A stretch of DNA of 62,000 nucleotides from Vicugna vicugna (GCA_013265495.1 MU057887.1:2699576-2761575); one strand, 5' to 3'. Numbered from the stretch's first letter, positions 24,840 through 37,392 are shown. Made by a program: numbers and translations. The notes: generated by a model not told the origin, from the letters alone.

Positions 24840-27800
24840 TGTTTAATTATAAAAATACAAAAAGGATGATTTTGCTTTCAAAAAGACGGACTAACAGTGA
24901 CTGAATATACCCTCCCACCGGAATCAATTAAAAATGGACAAAGTCTATGGAACAACGGTCTGCGAGATACTGGTCATCAGGCAAAGCTGGCAGGACTGCG
25001 GGATAAACAGACGCATCCGAGATTACAGGCGCAGAAGCAGCGGCGCGCGCTCTGTAGCTGACGGAGTAAGTAGGCAGACCACTAAAGACACAGATGACCT
25101 GAACAACACTGAGGACTAACTGGATGGAACAGAAGTTTGTCGAATATCCCCCAACAGCAGCAGTGTTCCATTCTTATCAAGTACACATGAAACATTTACC
25201 ATGATAGACCATATTCTAGGCATAAAACATGATCCAAATTCTTTATAAAGGACTCAAGTCAGACAAAATATTTTCTTTGTCAATGGAATTAAAAATCAAT
25301 AAAATAAAATCTCTGGAAAATCTTCTGAATATTTAAAGACTAAAAGACATACTTCTAAATAACTCATGAAAGATATTAATTAATTCTTCTTTTCAAGGAA
25401 GTGATTAAAAGGAAGTGAGAAATTATTTTGGATTGAATGAAAATACACAACTAAAGTAGTAGTTGAGGGGGTGATGATGTGATTATCTCACTAGACACAC
25501 AGAGACAACATTTAGAACATCTGATACCCATTTTTGATGAAAACCCTCCAAAACTGGGACGTGGAAAGGAACTGCCAGAACGCGAAACAGCATCTGTGCA
25601 AAACCTTCAGCTAGCATCACACACAAGGGAAGAGACTGAAAGTTTTCCTTCAATATCAGAAGTAAGACAGCAATGTCTGTTCCCGTCACTTACATTCAAC
25701 ATTGTACTGGCATTTCTGGCCAATGCAATAAAGCAGGAAAAAGAAGTAAAACTCATCCAGATGAGAAAGGAAGAAGTGAAACTCTTTATTCATGAAAGTT
25801 AATGATTATACATGTAGGAATTTGATGGAATCAACAAAAATTTACTAGATCTAATACCTGAGTTTATCAAAGTTGCAGGATATATTATCACATAAAAAAA
25901 CCAAATGAAATTCTGTTCAGTGGGAAAAATCAAAAATTGAAATAAAAATTATTTAAAGTAATAGCAAAGTATCATTTTAAAAGGTACCAAAAATGTGATA
26001 AACATGGAAAAAGATGGGAAGATCTGTATACTGAAAACTATAAAATATTGCTGATAGAAATGAAATAAGACCTGAATGGAGAGATACACAGTGTCTGTGG
26101 GTCAGTGGACTCAAAGCTGTTAAGATGGCAATTACACCCTACATGGATTTGAAAGTTCATATGGAAATGAAAATAATCTAGAAAAGTCAAAACATTTTTA
26201 AAAGAAAAAAGTGGGGGACTGACACTACCTTATTTCAAGACTTTCTGCAAAGCTACAGTAATTAAGACAGTGCGCATAAACATGAATAAATAGATCAGAG
26301 TGGTACAGAGCAGAGCTTAGAAACAGACCCACACAGACATTGCCTACTGATTTTTTAACAAAGCTGCAGAGAAAATTCAGTGAAGAAAGGATAATCTCTC
26401 AAACAAATGGTGCCAGAACAGTTGAACATCAGATTGAAAAATTTAAATTTGTATTTGTATCTCACACCATGTACTAAAATTATCTCAAAACAAATCATAA
26501 ATCTAAAACTATAAAACTTCTAGAAGTAAATACACCTGAAATATTTTGGTTTAGGACTAGGCAAAAAATCTTAAATATGACACCAACTATGTACTTTATA
26601 GAACAAATTGATGAATGGGACTTCCTCACAATTACAAACTTCTGTCTTCAAGTGATGTTGCTAGGAGAATAAAAGACAAATCATAGACTAGGAGAACATA
26701 TTTGTAAATCACATGTCTGCTCAAAGACCTTGAATCTAGATTATACAAAGAACTCTCAAAAATCAATAAAGAATTGTGGGTACTTCGCCGTAGGAGTATT
26801 TGTTTGCATGTATGCAAATAAGCACATGAGAAGACTCCTAACATCATCAGTTATTAGGGAAATGCAAACTAAAGCCACAGGAAAGCAGTACGGAGGTTCC
26901 TTTAAAAACTAAAACTAGACTCACCATATGATCCAGCAGTCCCACTCCTGGGCATATGTCCGAGGGAACTTTAATTCAAAAAGACATACTCACCCCAATG
27001 TTCACAGCAGCACTACTTACAATAGCCAAGACACGGAGACAGCCGAAATGTCCATCAACAGTGGACTGGGTAAAGAAGTTGTGGTGTATATATACAATGG
27101 AATACTACTCAGCCATAAAAAAGAATAAAATAGTGCCATTTGCAGCCACATGGATGGACCTGGAGATTGTTATTCTAAGTGAAGCGAGCCAGAAAAAGAG
27201 AGAGAAATACCATATGAGATCACTTGTATGTGGAATCCAAAGAAAACATAAATGAACTTATTTATAAAACAGAAGCAGACTCACAGACAATAGAGAACAA
27301 ACTTATGCTTACCAGAGGGGGAAGGGGGTGGGAAGGGGTAAACTGGGAGTTTGAGATTTGCAGATACTAACTACTACATATAAAATAGATAAACAATAAG
27401 TTCATACTGTGCAGCACAGGGAACTATATTCAATACCTTGCAGTAACCTGTAATAAAAAAGATGAAAAGGAATATATATGTACATGTATGACTGAAGCAT
27501 TGTGCTGTACACCGGAAATTGACACAACACTGTAAACTGACTGTACTTCAAAAAAAAATTACTGCAGCAGATGCTACTTTACACCTACAAAGATGATAAC
27601 AAAAAGACATGAAGATGTGAGAACTCGGAGCAAAGAGAACACTCATACACTGCAAGTGCAGGTGCAAAGTGGTACAATCATGTTGTAAAAGGGTTCACCA
27701 TCTCATACAAAGTCAAGTGTGTAGCTACAGCAGGATCCAGCCACTCTACTCTTCGATACTCACCCACAAGAAACAAAAACACATGCTGTAACAAAAACTG

Positions 27801-28250
27801 ATGCCTGAATGTCCCCAGCAAGCTGATCTGTGATCGCTCCACCTATAAACAACCCGGATGTCCATCCACAGGTCAATTCATGAAAAACTGTCATATTCAC
27901 GCAATGGAACATCACTCGGCAGTAAAAAGTAGTGAACTGTTTGTTGATACAGTCACATGGGTGGATCTCAAAATAATTTTACTGAGTGAACCAAGCTAGA
28001 AAAACAGGAAGACGCATTATATGAGTTCTTTTTGATAGACGTCTAGGAAGTGCGATCTAATGTGTCCCGATGGAAACTACAGCTCAGAGTGGGCAGGGGG
28101 CTGTGGGCTGGGGGGGCACACGGGGCAGGGATGGTTCGGGGTGATGGGTATGTGTTCATTCTCTTGATTGTGACAGTGTTTCCACAGGTACACACATGTC
28201 AGAATATATTTTTCAAAAGTCCATTTTAAATACATGTTGTTTATTCTACA
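24840..28250 (+). mobile_element. Old L1M ORF2 and 3' remnant (interrupted by a younger L1)
   Basis: ORF 25479-25802 (IISLD...[30 protein letters not shown]) is L1 reverse-transcriptase-like, with many other L1 ORF2 motifs nearby. Confidence 0.85.
26881..27560 (+). mobile_element. Younger 5'-truncated L1 (cetartiodactyl/camelid type) with A tail
   Basis: ORF2 C-terminus (TPMFTAALLTIAKT...PKCPS...WCIYTMEYYSAIKKN...FAATWMDLEIVILSE) plus 3' UTR ending gtaaactgactgtacttcaaaaaaaaa. Confidence 0.9.
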
Positions 28251-28264
28251 CCAGTGAGGTCTCC

Positions 28265-28678
28265 TGTGATGGTCAAGTCCATGTCCACATGGCTGGACTA
28301 CAATGCCCAGTCGTTTGGTCAAACGCCAGTCTAGGTACTGCTGTGACGGTATCTTTAAAATGTGATTAACATTTAAATCAACAGACTTTGAGAAAATAGA
28401 TGACCTTCCATAATGTGGGTGGGCCTGATCCAATGGGTTGAAGGTTTTAAGACAAAACAAACTGAGATCTCCCCAAGAGAGAGAACTCTGCCTCCAGACG
28501 TCTTTGGACTCCAGCTGGGACATCAGCTCTCGCCTGGGCTCCAGCCCGCCTTGTCCTGCAACTTCTGGACTGCCAGCCTCCACACTCGTATGGCCCGATT
28601 CCCTAAACCTCAATCTCAGTCTCTCTCTCTCTGTCTCTCTTATGGGTTCTGTTTCTCTGGAGAACCCTGACCCACGCA
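28265..28678 (+). mobile_element. MLT2 (ERV-L) solo LTR
   Basis: tgtgatggt...ccataatgtgggtgggcctgatccaat...ggttctgtttctctggagaaccctgac...ca, flanked by tctcc/cctcc (5-bp TSD with one mismatch). Confidence 0.88.
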
Positions 28679-29550
28679 CCTCCATAAAGCTATGAAAAAT
28701 GGCAAGATACAAAAGAGAAAAACCCACATTCCCACTGACAGAATCTTCAAATCGACAAGAGGAAAACTGGCCTGCTGAGCCCTCAACAGATGAAGAACAA
28801 ATAATTTGTAATGCGTGTAAGAGATTGGTAATGCCTGTTGTTGTCTTATTTAGACATTTCTGCATTTTTTACACTTCAAAAGTTAATTTCCAAAGTTAGA
28901 AGAGTTTCTATTAGTTAACCATGAAAAGACAAACACCCTAGGAGAAAACTCCGCAAAGGATGTACACAGTTCACTCTCCAAAGATGCTAAGACGACTTAT
29001 GCGTGAGCCTTGCCAGTCCTCGTTAAGACAAACACAGGCAAATGAAAACAGAAATGACACTTTACCAGCTGAGTAACTGTCCAAGTTATCTGAGTCAACG
29101 ACAAAATCCAGGCTGACATGGGCTGGCTGAAATGCCTACTGTCAGGTACCGTCCAGAGGAATGTAAATTAATATAACATCACTTGGAAATTCATTTGGAA
29201 TACATAGGAAGGCCTTAAACCGGTATCCCTATTTTGACCTAACAATTCTAGATCCACAGTTTTCTTCCCCACAAATAACCGTAACTATAGGAAAAGATTT
29301 GAGTACAAATGCATTCATTGCTGAAACACTTGAAAGCATAAAACACTAGAAATCATTTAAATGTCCAAAAAATAAAACAATGATTAAATAAATGATGGTG
29401 TCTATGCATTATAGAATTTCAGACTGCTGGGGAAAGAATTTTCTGGGACAATATGTGAAGCCATGAAATAATGTTCACTCCATACAAGGAATCTGCTTAC
29501 TAAGGAGCTATGGAAAGGATACGTGAAAAAAAAGAAAGAAAGAAGAAAAA

Positions 29551-29770
29551 GTTTGGTATTTGCAGATACAAACTACTATGTGCAGAATAGATAAACAACA
29601 AGTTTCCACTGCATAGCACAGGAAACTAGATTCAACCGCTTGGAGCAACCTAATGAAAAAGAATATGAAAAAGAATATCTGTGTATATATGTGTATAACT
29701 GAATCACTGTGCTGCACACCAGAAACTAACACAACACTGTAAATCAGCAATAATTCAATTGAAAAAAAAG
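29551..29770 (+). mobile_element. Short L1 3' end
   Basis: Visibly homologous to 27350-27550 (atttgcagatac...aactact...atagataaacaa...gcacagg...tgtgctgcacaccagaaactaacacaacactgtaaa), with an A-rich tail. Confidence 0.85.
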
Positions 29771-29780
29771 AGAGAGGGAA

Positions 29781-29910
29781 GGGGAGGGTATAGCTCAGTG
29801 GTAGAGTACGTGCATGGCATGCAAAACGTGCTGGCTTCAATCCTCAGTATCTCCATCAAAGATACATTTTTTTTAAAAAAAAAACCCTGATTACCCCCCA
29901 AAAAATTTAT
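29781..29910 (+). mobile_element. tRNA-derived SINE (camelid vic-1-like)
   Basis: ggggagggtatagctcagtggtagagt head (A box), degenerate B box ggcttcaatcc, and an A-rich tail with a C-run. Confidence 0.8.
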
Positions 29911-31799
29911 TAAAAGAGAAATGTAGCAGTTTCTAACAAAATGCCAAGTGTGGTTGACTCTGGGCGGCAGAAGGCAAGAACATTTTATTTTCTTTTTGTT
30001 TATCTGTCCATTTTACAAAATGTTCTAGCAATGAACTTACTGGAGTCGTGAGAGGCAGGGCCAGCAGTGTCCGCGAGGACACTGTCTGGAGCCGGGCTGC
30101 CGGGCCGCCGGCCACCCTCACCGGCTGAACCCCCGGAGCACGCCCGCCCCTCCTTCCCGCCCCGGCTTCCTCTGTGACCCGGGACGGCGCGCTCCCAGCG
30201 CGGTTCTGAAGGTAGGGTCAACCCTCTCCGCCTGCACAGAACTTGGAATCGTGCCTGGCACTCAGGACAGAATAGAGAAGCACTTCTTATCAGTGTTAGG
30301 ACTGAACCGGTAAAATGGATAAGTATTCATAAAAATGACATCACAATCCCACCCGCCGACTCCACGGAAGGCGCGGCTCCAGGCGCTGAGGCTTCATCCC
30401 CGGGGTCTCGCCCCCGTGGAGCTCCGGTCTGCTCCCGCTGAAGCTGCCCCCCTCCTCTGCCCTCGGGTGCCCCCTTCCTGCGCCTTCGCCGGCAGCCTGA
30501 AAGCTCACTGCGCAAGCGGCTGACCGCCTTGACTGGGACGTGTCCCCCGCAGCTGGCCGGTGCCTGTCTCTGTCCACACTGCAGCTCTCTCCCTAGTTTT
30601 CCAGCCAGAGCCTAGAGTCACTCTGGACACCTCCGTCCTGGCCCACCGCACCCAGGCCCCAGCGCCAGTCACCCCCATCTCCTTAAGAATTAAGGATGCG
30701 CTGGTCTCCCACCAGCCTCCGTCTCCGAGAGAAGCAGCCAGCCCGCCTCCCATGTGGACTTGAACACCTGTCCTGCCCCCTCCACCCTCGCCCCCCGTGG
30801 CACACAGTGATGTCTTTGCCAGTGCACAGGGGAGACGCGGACGGCAGGGGCAGCCCTCAGAGGGAACCCGCCATGCACCAGGCGAGGAGTAGCCGGGCCC
30901 CACAGCCCAGACCTGCAGACGCCTGCCGGACACAGATCCCCATGTGTGCTTCACACACGAGTGCCTGCTTTTTCATAAAGGCGTCCCTCTGCATGGCCCC
31001 AGTGGAGACATCCCAGCGTCTCACCCAGTTAAAACATCCAGCCCCAGGTGCAGGGTCCCTGGGAGCTCTCGGTCACGGGCGGCCCACGACTCAGTGACGA
31101 ATATGACCCTCAGTGTGGAGAAGCCAAGAGAGAACGGGACAACCACGGCCGATACTCCTGTTCGCGAGGGCAGAGAACGCGTTCCCCGCAGGGGAGACGC
31201 TACAATTTCCTGCCCAGACTTGGGAGGGGTGCCTTGTGACCCGCTGTCTTGAACCACACCTCCCTTCCGGGATCTCTCCTTTGCTGGTGCCCCCGTGGCC
31301 ACCTGAGGCATCCGCGGTGAGGGACGCCCCTCCTGGGACCGTCAGCGCGGCGCGTGGGGTGAGGCCCGGGGACTCCCTCGGGGCCGAATGCCCACGTCCC
31401 TCGCTTCCCAGGCTTGGAGTGAGGGTGGCAGTGTGACCTCCAATAAACTTAGTCGAGTTCCACAATGTAACGTTCCATCCGCTCTGGCTGCTGATCAAAC
31501 CCGGCCAATCAGCAACGGCACGCTGTCGCTTGGTAGTACCCGCTGGATCCCGATCTGAGCTTTCTGTCTCCTAGCAACAGGACTCGGCGCTCTGCTCATC
31601 TCCATTCTCAGTTTCCATCTTGGTCTCCCACCAGGCCTCCGGGAACCTCCGGCATCTGCCCCTGCCTCTGGGCTGCCTCCCGGCTGTGTGTCAGCCCCTC
31701 GGCCCCAGTCAGGAGGCCCCAGTCCTGTCTCTTATCCCCTCTCCTTGCCCCTTCCAGCCTCGCTGGATTTCAGACTCTCTGCACCCTGGATTCTGAGGC

Positions 31800-32352
31800 G
31801 TAAGTGCCAAGAACTCCATTCCCCTTCTTGCTGGTGTGGGTTTTCAGTACTCGGCATGAACTAGTCAATCTGCTGCTCCGACTTCCTGAAGTTTTCCCCT
31901 CGACAAGGTTCTTTGCTCAATCTCCAGCCAGGCTCCTGGACCTTCTTCGGGCCCCATCTGTGTGCTTCCTTCTAAGATCCAGTTTTAGCAAGAACCCTGC
32001 TAAGTCGGTTTATCAGAAACCCCCCACCTGGGGATACCCGAGGAGACTCCTCTCTCCACCCCCCACCCCAGGGTGGCGTCTGACCACCTGGTCTGCCTTC
32101 AGCAAGAATCCTGCTGGGCTGGTTTAGCCAGAAGCACCCCCACCCCTGATGTTAGTAATTTTCCATCCTTGACCCACCTGCTCCTCGGCTATAAATAACC
32201 ACTTGCTCACGGTTCTTCAGAGCTGAGCCCAGTCTCTCTCCCCGACTGCAAAACCTCACCCCCGCGGTCCCGGTACATGGTTTGGCGGTCCTGAATAGAG
32301 TCTGCCTTACCATCTTTAACAAGTGTTGTTGAACATGTTTTTTTCTTTAACA
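31800..32352 (+). mobile_element. MER39/MER34-like ERV1 LTR
   Basis: cagcaagaatcctg...tagtaattttccatcc...ggctataaat...tgagcccagtctctctcccc...gtcctgaatagagtctgccttacc...tttctttaaca. The 5' boundary is uncertain. Confidence 0.75.
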
Positions 32353-32899
32353 GGTCAAACCCCTAACATCGCAGCTACAAAAATCTCCAGGTCTGAGTTT
32401 CGGGATGAAGGAGGTGGTTTAACTCACTCAGTGTGCCCCCTCCATCTGCTTGGAGCAACCTCCCCAACTGTCCCACGGTCGCCATCACCATCCCCTGCAT
32501 CCTTCGGCACGACGGCCCCAAGGTAGCCTCCCAAGTTCATCAGAGACCACATCTCTCTGTGGAACAGTGTTTGTCAAACAAAGAAAATGACAGTAACTAA
32601 AATTATCGGGTGGACAGACAGCACTTTAAGAAATGAACTGGCCAGACTAGGACATACCAGAGAGCACCGATGGTGTATTTGTTCTGCGAGACTTTCATTT
32701 CAAGTGTGTGTGTGTGCGCGCACACGTGCATTTGTCTTAAGGATGCCTCCAAAAATGTTTGGAAGCCACTCTACTGGGAGCTTCCCTGGACACCCTGACT
32801 GCATCCCACAACCTGACTCGGGGCCAGATCTCTCCTCGGCCCCAACAGACTCTTCTATCCCTCCCTCACAGCACTGGCCACACTGCTCTGTTTCCTCAC

Positions 32900-33050
32900 A
32901 GCTGGTTTCCTGCCCCACCGGAAACTTCCAGGGGACGGAAAGCACCTGTCTGGTTTCCCACCCCTCCCCCAGCACCTGGCATCTAGCAGGTGCTCAGCAA
33001 ACGGGCGTTGAATACAGGACTGTCCAGAGCAGGAGTTCAGAATGAACAGG
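32900..33050 (+). mobile_element. L2 3' end fragment
   Basis: ccccagcacctggcatctagcaggtgctcagcaaacgggcgttgaat resembles the L2 terminus. Confidence 0.55.
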
Positions 33051-33359
33051 ACGAAATGGAAGACAAAACACTTTTATAAGGTACATCCTTTTAACAGGAT
33101 GAAAGGCTTCAGTCAAAGGAATGGATTGTCAGGCGGAGATTCAGGCATCCGTGGTGGACCCTCCCTGGCCAGGGGGCAGAGGCCAGCAGGGCACATGAGA
33201 CAAGGGGTCCTGCCCCCTGTGTCTCCTGGGGTTCCCAGGAGCACAAGTTCGGCTGCACCTCCCTGCCGGCAAAGGGAGACGAGGAGCTGCAGTTGAGAAG
33301 ATACTGAGCAGCAAAGTCAGAGTATTTTCATGAAACAGGAGTAGAAAATTTATGGAAAA

Positions 33360-33542
33360 AATGTCATTTCTGTTATTGTTTATGGCTGAGTAGTATTCCA
33401 TTGTATAAATATACCACAACTTCTTTATCCAGTCATCTGTCGATGGACATTTAGGGTGCTTCCTGCTGTACACCAGAAACTGACACAACATTGTAAACTA
33501 ACTATACTTCAATAGAAATATATATATATATACCCCAAAAAA
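33360..33542. mobile_element. Short young L1 with a 5' inversion
   Basis: 33360-33463 is antisense L1 (tttatggctgagtagtattccattgta...gatggacatttagg) joined to a sense 3' terminus (tgctgtacaccagaaactgacacaacattgtaaac) and an AT/A tail. Confidence 0.8.
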
Positions 33543-33675
33543 TGAGCCTGTACACAGTCACATTACAGCCCCAGCCATGCCAGAGCCCCTGGAAAAGGCT
33601 CCCACCGAGCCAACCCCTGGGACCTGGACAGACCGCCTGGCCTGGGCCTCCTCCTCCCTGCTGGATTTCCCCCAC

Positions 33676-33678
<3 letters not shown>

Positions 33679-33712
<34 letters not shown>
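33679..33712. repeat. (GT)17 microsatellite
   Basis: Perfect dinucleotide run. Confidence 0.97.
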
Positions 33713-33714
<2 letters not shown>

Positions 33715-34529
33715 AGGGGTGCCTGTGATCATGGTCTGGGGACAGCTGTTCCCTCATGCCTTCATGGTAAGCTCTGGGGTTCCTTGGGGGCCTCCCGAGC
33801 CAGGACTCGGGTGGAGGAGTGATGCTGGGGACCGTCTTCCATCTTCGCTTCTCCCAGCTGTTCAGTCCAGCGCTCAAGCCCCCTAGTGGCTCCTGAGAAA
33901 GGGTCCCCAGCTCCAACAGGACCTCACGGGTCCTTCAGCTCCCCTTCCTCATGCAGAATCCAGAAGAGACTCTGGGTTGGGAAGGGTGAGTTTCTATGGC
34001 ATGTCCGCCAGCTGGCAGGAGGCAGCGCCTGGTGGACAGTGTGGCCGGCACGGCAGGCCCCGGCAGCAGAGCCCTCCGGTGAGCACCTGGCCGTGGGAGC
34101 TTGTCTTGCCGATGAGGCCTGCGCAGGAGGAGGGGGTGGGGAACCTGACCTTCAAGGAGTCAGCTTTTTCAACCTCAGCGTTTTCTTAGGAGACCAGCTC
34201 CTGGCAGGGGTAGGGGGGAGTCTGGAGATATGAGACTGAGGCCTTGTGAACGTGGGGCACAGAGGCCATTCACCAAGTCCAGGGCAGTGTGCTGAGGTGG
34301 AGGGGCTACAGCAGGGACAAGGAGAGAGCTCCCGGAACATGTGTCCCTGCCTGGCAGGGCCCGCCTAGGGAAACGGGCAGCCTTCCTAGGTGCGAGAACT
34401 CAGCGGACTTTGCGTGGGGCCAAGGCTGTGCTCTCCTGGGGGCTGGGGACACCAATACACAGCACAGAACAGGGATCACAAGGCCCATCAGAGGAAAGGG
34501 ACCAAAGTGCTTGGAATAAATTCCGGTAC

Positions 34530-36400
34530 CCCCGCCCCAGGCAACACCCGGCACCCCAGCGTTGCAGGCAGGGGCGGGGAAGGATGCGGGCGTCAAGGAC
34601 CGCGGGCCACATAGCCCAAGTCCGCAAACTTCACGCTGGCCGGGCCCGTCCTCCCCCGAGAAGCCCAGGCTGCGGGCGCGCCGGGCCGTCTCTGTCGCCA
34701 TCCAGAGGCGCGGCTCTGGCGCTTCGTCCCCTCCGCCGCGGGCCTCCGCCGCCAGTCCCGGGGCCCGCGCGAGGCCCCCGCGGCGCCGGGCACGCGCATC
34801 GGGCGCGCCCCTCGCATCGCTGGTCGGCGCGCCGAGCGCGCGCGGGGCCCGCACGTGGAGGCCGGCGCGGGGGCGCGGGCAGGGCCGGCTGCTGAGACGC
34901 GCTGCTGCCCCCCGCGCGGGCGCCGCGGCTTCAATGGCGCCATCGCCCAGGACCAGCAGCCGGCAAGATGCGACCACCCTGCCCAGCATGTCCTCAACTT
35001 TTTGGGCGTTCATGATCCTGGCCAGCCTGCTCATCGCCTACTGCAGTGAGTACCGCGCGGCCCGGGCCCCCGCACGGCCCCTCCGGCCTGGCCCCGGCCC
35101 CCGATCCCGGGCCGCGGCCCCGGCGGGGCGCCCCGCGGGCCGCCCGGAGTCTGTGAGGAGTTACGAGCTCCGGGCGCGCCTTTCCCCGGGTCCCCGCCGG
35201 TCCTTCGCTTGGCCGGGAGGGCGAGGGTCCCCCCAGGCTCCCAGCTCTCCTGCACTTCAGAGGCCGGCGCCGCTGCCGAGCCTCCCTCCCCCGACTCTGG
35301 GGCAGGGCCCGGGCGCCAGGCCCCGGGTGGCGCGGCGCGTCCCTGCGCGGCGGTGCCCGCGGCTGCCCGGCGTGCCGCCAGGCCCAGGCCCGCGGTCTGA
35401 GCCGGCCCGGCGGCTTCCTGGCGGAGCCGCGCGCTCCGGAGGCGGCGGCGGGTCCGGGGCGGGCGGGCAGCGCTGCCCGGGGTGTCGGCGGAGCGCCCTG
35501 CCCAGAGCCTTCCGCTGGCGACACTCCCTCGGGGGATGTGGGGGCGCGGCAGCCGAGTCCGGAGCGGGGCGCCCGGGGCAGCAGCGGGACTCGAGCTAGG
35601 ACACCCGGCTGGAGCTGCTGCCTCCCCGGGAAGCAGGCTCGCCAGGCGCTTTCCTAAAAAAGGGGAGAAGTGAGAGGTGGGGTGCCCGGAGAGGGCCCGC
35701 TGCTGCCGCGGGCATTTCGCGACTAGTGTCCGGGGACCTGAGCCGGTGACTCAGTGGGTCTGGCCCGGGGCCGCGGGCTCGGGGCTGGGGAGGCACGGGC
35801 TGGCGGGTGCCCCGGGCACAGGCTGGAGGCTGGGAGACCGGGAACAGGCTCGAGGTCTGCTGGGGTGCGTGCGGATGGGGCTGAAGGAATGGGGGTGGTC
35901 AGACACCGGGCACAGCCTAGGGACTGGGGTGGGAGGGGGTGGGCAGTGCTCCGGACACAGGTTCGCCGCTGGTTGGGGTGGGTCGGGAGTGGTCAGCGTC
36001 CCGGGCACAGGCTCCCGGCCGGGATGGCGCGAGCTGGTCGGCTCTCCCGCCGACCGCCTGGCACAGGGTATGTTCCCTTTCCACCCCAGCGAGAGGGAAG
36101 GACGGGTGCTGAAGAACAACACCTGTCATGGAGAATTGCCACGGGCGCCGGAACCGATGGAAAAATATGGATTCTTTACCAAAAAAAAAAAAATAAGGCC
36201 GGCTCCAAGCCTCGTTCCACCTCGCAGCCCTTGGCCTCGGAGCTCCCAGCCCCAGCCTGCCGCTGTCTCCAAAATGGGACCGCAGCGGGCCATGGAGATC
36301 CCGGCCGCTTGTGGTCGCCGGAGTCCTGGGACAGCCCAGCCCGCGAGAATCGCGAGGGAAGCCCGGTGCTCAGAGCAGGAATTGTGCTGCTCCGCTCAGC
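34530..36400. promoter_or_regulatory. CpG island / TAFA5 promoter and start of intron 1
   Basis: Very high GC and CpG density (runs of cgcgcg, gcgcgg, GGGGCGGGG at 34571) surrounding exon 1; densest from about 34560 to 35800. Edges are approximate. Confidence 0.88.
34934..35045 (+). CDS. TAFA5: TAFA chemokine-like family member 5 (FAM19A5), first coding exon of the long isoform (partial CDS, phase-1 intron follows)
   Basis: ATG at 34934 reads MAPSPRTSSRQDATTLPSMSSTFWAFMILASLLIAYC+A, nearly identical to the recalled human TAFA5 isoform 1 N-terminus (MAPSPRTGSRQDATALPSMSSTFWAFMILASLLIAYCSQLAAG). The exon is 112 nt, is followed by a consensus donor A|GTGAGT at 35046, and sits inside a CpG island. 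Confidence 0.96.
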
Positions 36401-37392
36401 CCCCTCGTGCACTTCTCTCTAGCTGCTGGCGCCGCTGTGGCACCTCGCGGGGAGGGGTCTGGGAGCGGGACGATTCCCTGCCGGGTGGCAAGCCCAGCTG
36501 CCCAGGCTGGCACTTAGATCCGGCATGCACCCTGGGCGCCCCTCTGAGGGCACCGGCTGGGCTGGCTGCCTGGAGCGGGGCCTGGGGGTTTAAGCCAGGT
36601 CTGCGCCCTCTCGGGGCAGCGGCCCCCGGGACCAGCGCAGAGCCCTAGCCAGCTTCCCTGGTGGTGGGGAAAGGGCTGAAGGCACATCAACCCCGGGGCT
36701 CACGGAGCAGGGGGCATTTGAGTGCACCTCCTGGTGGCATCACGGGAGAGGGGCTCATTCAGCAGTGTTTGGGGAGGGGATTGTTGTGCTGCCGTCTCCG
36801 GCGGGCTCTGGGGACGATGTCCTTGCTGCCAAGGCGAGAACCCGGCAACCACAGGCTGGCGGGGAGGCAGCCCTCCAGGTGCAGAAAAGAGCAGCTAATT
36901 GTTGTTAAGTACATGGCACCTCCGCCCCGTGGCTTCAGCACTTCACACCCCAGGTGCACTAGCCAGGCCTCCCTTTCTCACCTTCTCCATGTGCGCAGCC
37001 TCTGCGCCCCCGCCTCCCGCCCCCTCCCCCGGCACCGCAGGACCTGAAGGCACACCGCTCTGTCTGTCCTGACACTCACACCTTTGCGGGGCTGGGACTG
37101 CTGCCTGCCTCCCTCGGGGGTCAGAGTGCAGCCTCCGGCAGCTGCTCAGACGCTTGGTGGAACCCAGACCCCGTCCTCCACTCAGGCTGCCTTTAGGAGG
37201 CCTGCCTGGCCTTCTGGAAACCGCTCTTCCAGCAGGACAAGGACATTTCGTAGAAAACGTCTTATCCAGAAGAGCAGAAATCATTCATAACGAAAGCTTG
37301 GGTTAACCACATCTTGACGGCTGTGTCCATCGCTATGTGATGGAATAATTGACAATAAGATAATGTTTTTGGACACACCCCATTACACCAAA

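Noticed and set aside
6777..28678. The two MLT2 LTRs as the ends of one provirus
   Set aside because: They are about 21 kb apart and very divergent, and the second has its own apparent TSD, so it is an independent solo LTR.
28077..28865. 262-aa minus-strand ORF
   Set aside because: It runs antisense across an MLT2 LTR and L1 remnants, so it is a chance frame.
29781..29855. tRNA-like sequences here and at 39242
   Set aside because: Degenerate stems plus A-rich tails identify them as SINE heads, not tRNA genes.
31050..31550. Possible additional old LTR (AATAAA at 31442, CCAAT nearby)
   Set aside because: I could not define termini, a TSD or a family with confidence.
34562..35599. 345-aa ORF spanning the CpG island
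   Set aside because: Only 34934-35045 resembles TAFA5. The rest is stop-poor GC-rich promoter/UTR and intron read through a consensus splice donor, and it begins at TTG.
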